A model generated the notes under the pieces. It did not search any database. It was not told the DNA's origin and worked only from the letters and a program-made list of their open reading frames with translations. A program made the position numbers and the translations under genes. Positions 33,153 through 35,515 of a stretch of DNA of 35,515 nucleotides are shown in pieces. The stretch comes from Thraustochytrium aureum (lineage: Eukaryota): contig BLSG01000061.1 in NCBI GenBank assembly GCA_012862495.1, positions 66,408-101,922 on the forward strand, read 5' to 3'. How positions within the stretch are numbered: position 1 is the stretch's first letter; every line of letters begins with the position of its first letter.

Positions 33153-35480
33153 CTAAAGCCGACCGATCTTGTCGACCTGCTGCTGCGTGTAGCCCATCAA
33201 ATGCGCGATGTAAAAGTTGTTGTCCTTGCGAACCCGCGCGCTGTCCTGGATGGCGGCGAGAATAACCGACACGAGCTCGAGGCCCGCGTCGTCAAGCTCT
33301 GGCCCGCTCGACATTGACCCAACTGCCGCGTCGCCGTCCAGGCCGAGCTGCTGGCGCGCCCGTTGCACCACGCTCTCAATCCGCTCGTTGCTCAACGCGA
33401 TGAGATCGCCGAGGCCAGCCTTGCTCTCGCCCACAGGCGGCGCAGAACCGACTGCTTGCGTCGCCTGCTCGCTGAGCGTGTAAGCGATGCGCTCCACGGA
33501 GGTGCGCTGAAGGTCGTCGAGGGCCTGGCGCGCGAGCTCGATCCACTCGTGAATCACCGCCACCTGCGTTTCGACAAAGCCCCGCTTGATCTGCTCCACT
33601 CGGTCTTCCCGCGCAGCGCGCAGGACCTCCACTAAGGCCTGCATGGTCGCGAGGTCTCGGCTGCACGCCTCCACGGAGGCCAACACTTCCGTCTGCTGGT
33701 TTTGCAAGCGAGTAAGGCGCGCGACAAACTGCTGCACGCCGTTCTCTCCCGCGACCGCGTTGCTCTCGTGGTCGCGCATCTCCTGGCTGAGGCGCTTGAG
33801 GTGGTCCTTCGACACCGACGACCGCGCGGTGTTCTTCTCTTGCGCGAGCTGCAAGTTGCATCGCTCGTACTCGTGCCACAGGTCCAGCACGCTCTGGTCG
33901 GTCTGCTGGATGACCCGCTTGGTTTCTGCGATCTCCTCTGACCTGCTCTGCCGGCTGCGCTCCAAGGCCCCCAGCTCGGTCTGCAGCCTGTAGATCCGGT
34001 TTTGCAGCTCGCTCGCGAGGCTGTCCAGCTCTCTAACGCGCTCGTCCTTGCTGATCTGACGGTTCAAAGGCTCGGCACCGGTGCTGCGCAGCGCCGCGCC
34101 GCTGCCGCCAACCTCGCGCCCGACAAGAGCCAGACTCTGATCCNNNNNNNNNNNNNNNNNNNNNNNNNNNNNNNNNNNNNNNNNNNNNNNNNNNNNNNNN
34201 NNNNNNNNNNNNNNNNNNNNNNNNNNNNNNNNNNNNNNNNNNNNNNNNNNNNNNNNNNNNNNNNNNNNNNNNNNNNNNNNNNNNNNNNNNNNNNCGCCGG
34301 CCATCGCCGTAGACGCCGCCGCGACTGTGCCCGCAAGCGCCCCGACGGGAGCCTCGCCCGCGCCAGTCGAGAGACGCGTGCGAAGCCCTTTGTTTTCATC
34401 GCGAAGGCGCTCGATCGTGGCCTCTGCCTCGCGAAACGCGTGCTCCAGCTCGCTGAGCCGCGTCGAGAGATCGCGGAAGGCTGCCTGCTGCTCTGCCTGC
34501 ATGAACCTGCCGTGGTTGGCCACCCAGCTCACTGCGTGCTCCTTGCCGCAGTCGACCATGAGCCGCGAGTACTCGAGGACATTCTCGACGTCTCCTGAGG
34601 TCGACCCAAACGTGCGAGACAGCGTGTCGATTCGCGCCGGCGTGGAGACCGACTCTTTACCGGCGAGGGCCGGGTCGCTAAGCCCGAGCTGGCTGCGGTC
34701 ATTCTGGCCAAACCCAAACGCGTTGCCCTTCATGGACACCGCGATGGTAAAGTGGTGCCCGCAGCTCACGTGGACAATACGGCACCCCTGCGGGAGCCCC
34801 GCCACGGCTTTCGGCTTGACGACCGAGTTGCGGTGCCCGTGTCCGAGCTGGCCAAAGTCGTTGCGGCCCCAGGTGAAGAGGTTGTTGGACTCTTGCTCTG
34901 TGAGCGCGCAAAGGTGGTCGTGGCCGCACGCGATCTGCACCACGCGCCGTTTGAAGCCCTTTTGGGGCAGCGGGATTGGGTTGCCGTTGCCCCAGATCCA
35001 GACCTGTCCGTTTGCCAGCAGGACCATGCTGAGATACTCGCCGCAGGCGACTTGGCGGACGGCGTGGAACGGAATGCCGCTGATCTTTTGCGGGCTCCCA
35101 AACTCGCGCCCGTCGTGGTTGCCGAGCCGCGCATTGGAGCTGTTGCCGAACGAGACGGTTCCGTAGCTCGCAGAGTCGAGCTTACTCTCCTCGGGCACCT
35201 CCTCCTCTCCCAGCTCGGATCTGCTCGGCGGGTTGACCGGCTCCAAGCCTGCCGCCTCGCGCCGCGTGCCCGCGACGAGCTGGCTGCTCTGTTCGCTGCG
35301 GAATCGAGCAAACGGATCGGGGTCCTTCTCCTCGTCTCCGTCGCCGTTATCCAGGCGCACGCCGCTCAGCTGCCCAGCCGCACCCGCTTGGGCCGCCGCT
35401 GCTGCCGTCCCGGGCGCGTCCTCCACGATAGCGCTCGTCCCGTACGAGCGGTACCTCGTAAACGGGTCGTCGTCCTCCAT
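33153..35480 (-). CDS. RCC1-repeat protein with long C-terminal coiled coil
   Basis: RCC1 repeats: VACGEYLS..VWIWG, IACGHDH..FTWGRNDFGQLGHG and VSCGHHFT..FGFGQNDRSQLG. Heptad-rich C-terminal half; the frame is kept across gap 34144-34294. Confidence 0.85.
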   Translation of the reverse strand: MEDDDPFTRYRSYGTSAIVEDAPGTAAAAAQAGAAGQLSGVRLDNGDGDEEKDPDPFARFRSEQSSQLVAGTRREAAGLEPVNPPSRSELGEEEVPEESKLDSASYGTVSFGNSSNARLGNHDGREFGSPQKISGIPFHAVRQVACGEYLSMVLLANGQVWIWGNGNPIPLPQKGFKRRVVQIACGHDHLCALTEQESNNLFTWGRNDFGQLGHGHRNSVVKPKAVAGLPQGCRIVHVSCGHHFTIAVSMKGNAFGFGQNDRSQLGLSDPALAGKESVSTPARIDTLSRTFGSTSGDVENVLEYSRLMVDCGKEHAVSWVANHGRFMQAEQQAAFRDLSTRLSELEHAFREAEATIERLRDENKGLRTRLSTGAGEAPVGALAGTVAAASTAMAGXXXXXXXXXXXXXXXXXXXXXXXXXXXXXXXXXXXXXXXXXXXXXXXXXXXDQSLALVGREVGGSGAALRSTGAEPLNRQISKDERVRELDSLASELQNRIYRLQTELGALERSRQSRSEEIAETKRVIQQTDQSVLDLWHEYERCNLQLAQEKNTARSSVSKDHLKRLSQEMRDHESNAVAGENGVQQFVARLTRLQNQQTEVLASVEACSRDLATMQALVEVLRAAREDRVEQIKRGFVETQVAVIHEWIELARQALDDLQRTSVERIAYTLSEQATQAVGSAPPVGESKAGLGDLIALSNERIESVVQRARQQLGLDGDAAVGSMSSGPELDDAGLELVSVILAAIQDSARVRKDNNFYIAHLMGYTQQQVDKIGRL

Positions 35481-35515
35481 GGCAAGCGCCCAGCCGCAGC
35501 TCGAGCACCCGCCGC

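Overview
GC-rich, gene-dense, intron-poor eukaryotic scaffold with 11 N-gaps. It is not prokaryotic, and I found no rRNA, tRNA, CRISPR array or recognisable transposon. It holds about 12 protein-coding genes: a class C (GABA-B/Grl-like) GPCR; a large secreted and multi-TM protein with two PqiA-like membrane modules; a repeat-containing multi-TM protein fused to an HSL-family alpha/beta hydrolase; a CDPK; a divergent EF-hand protein; the ciliary protein CFAP418/C8orf37; a PhyH-family Fe(II)/2OG enzyme with an H-x-G metal motif; a DUF4246 protein; a GT60 GlcNAc transferase; two RCC1/coiled-coil proteins; and a TmcB-like PAS membrane protein. This gene set suggests a flagellated protist, possibly a thraustochytrid or other stramenopile (inference only). 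Most genes are split in the ORF track, either by single-base indels in short homopolymers (likely sequencing error) or by candidate 41-55 nt GT-AG introns. The most interesting leads are the halogenase-type H-G-G motif, the TM-repeat/lipase fusion and the PqiA/LetA-like membrane protein. All family calls come from motif recognition by eye; no database searches were run.
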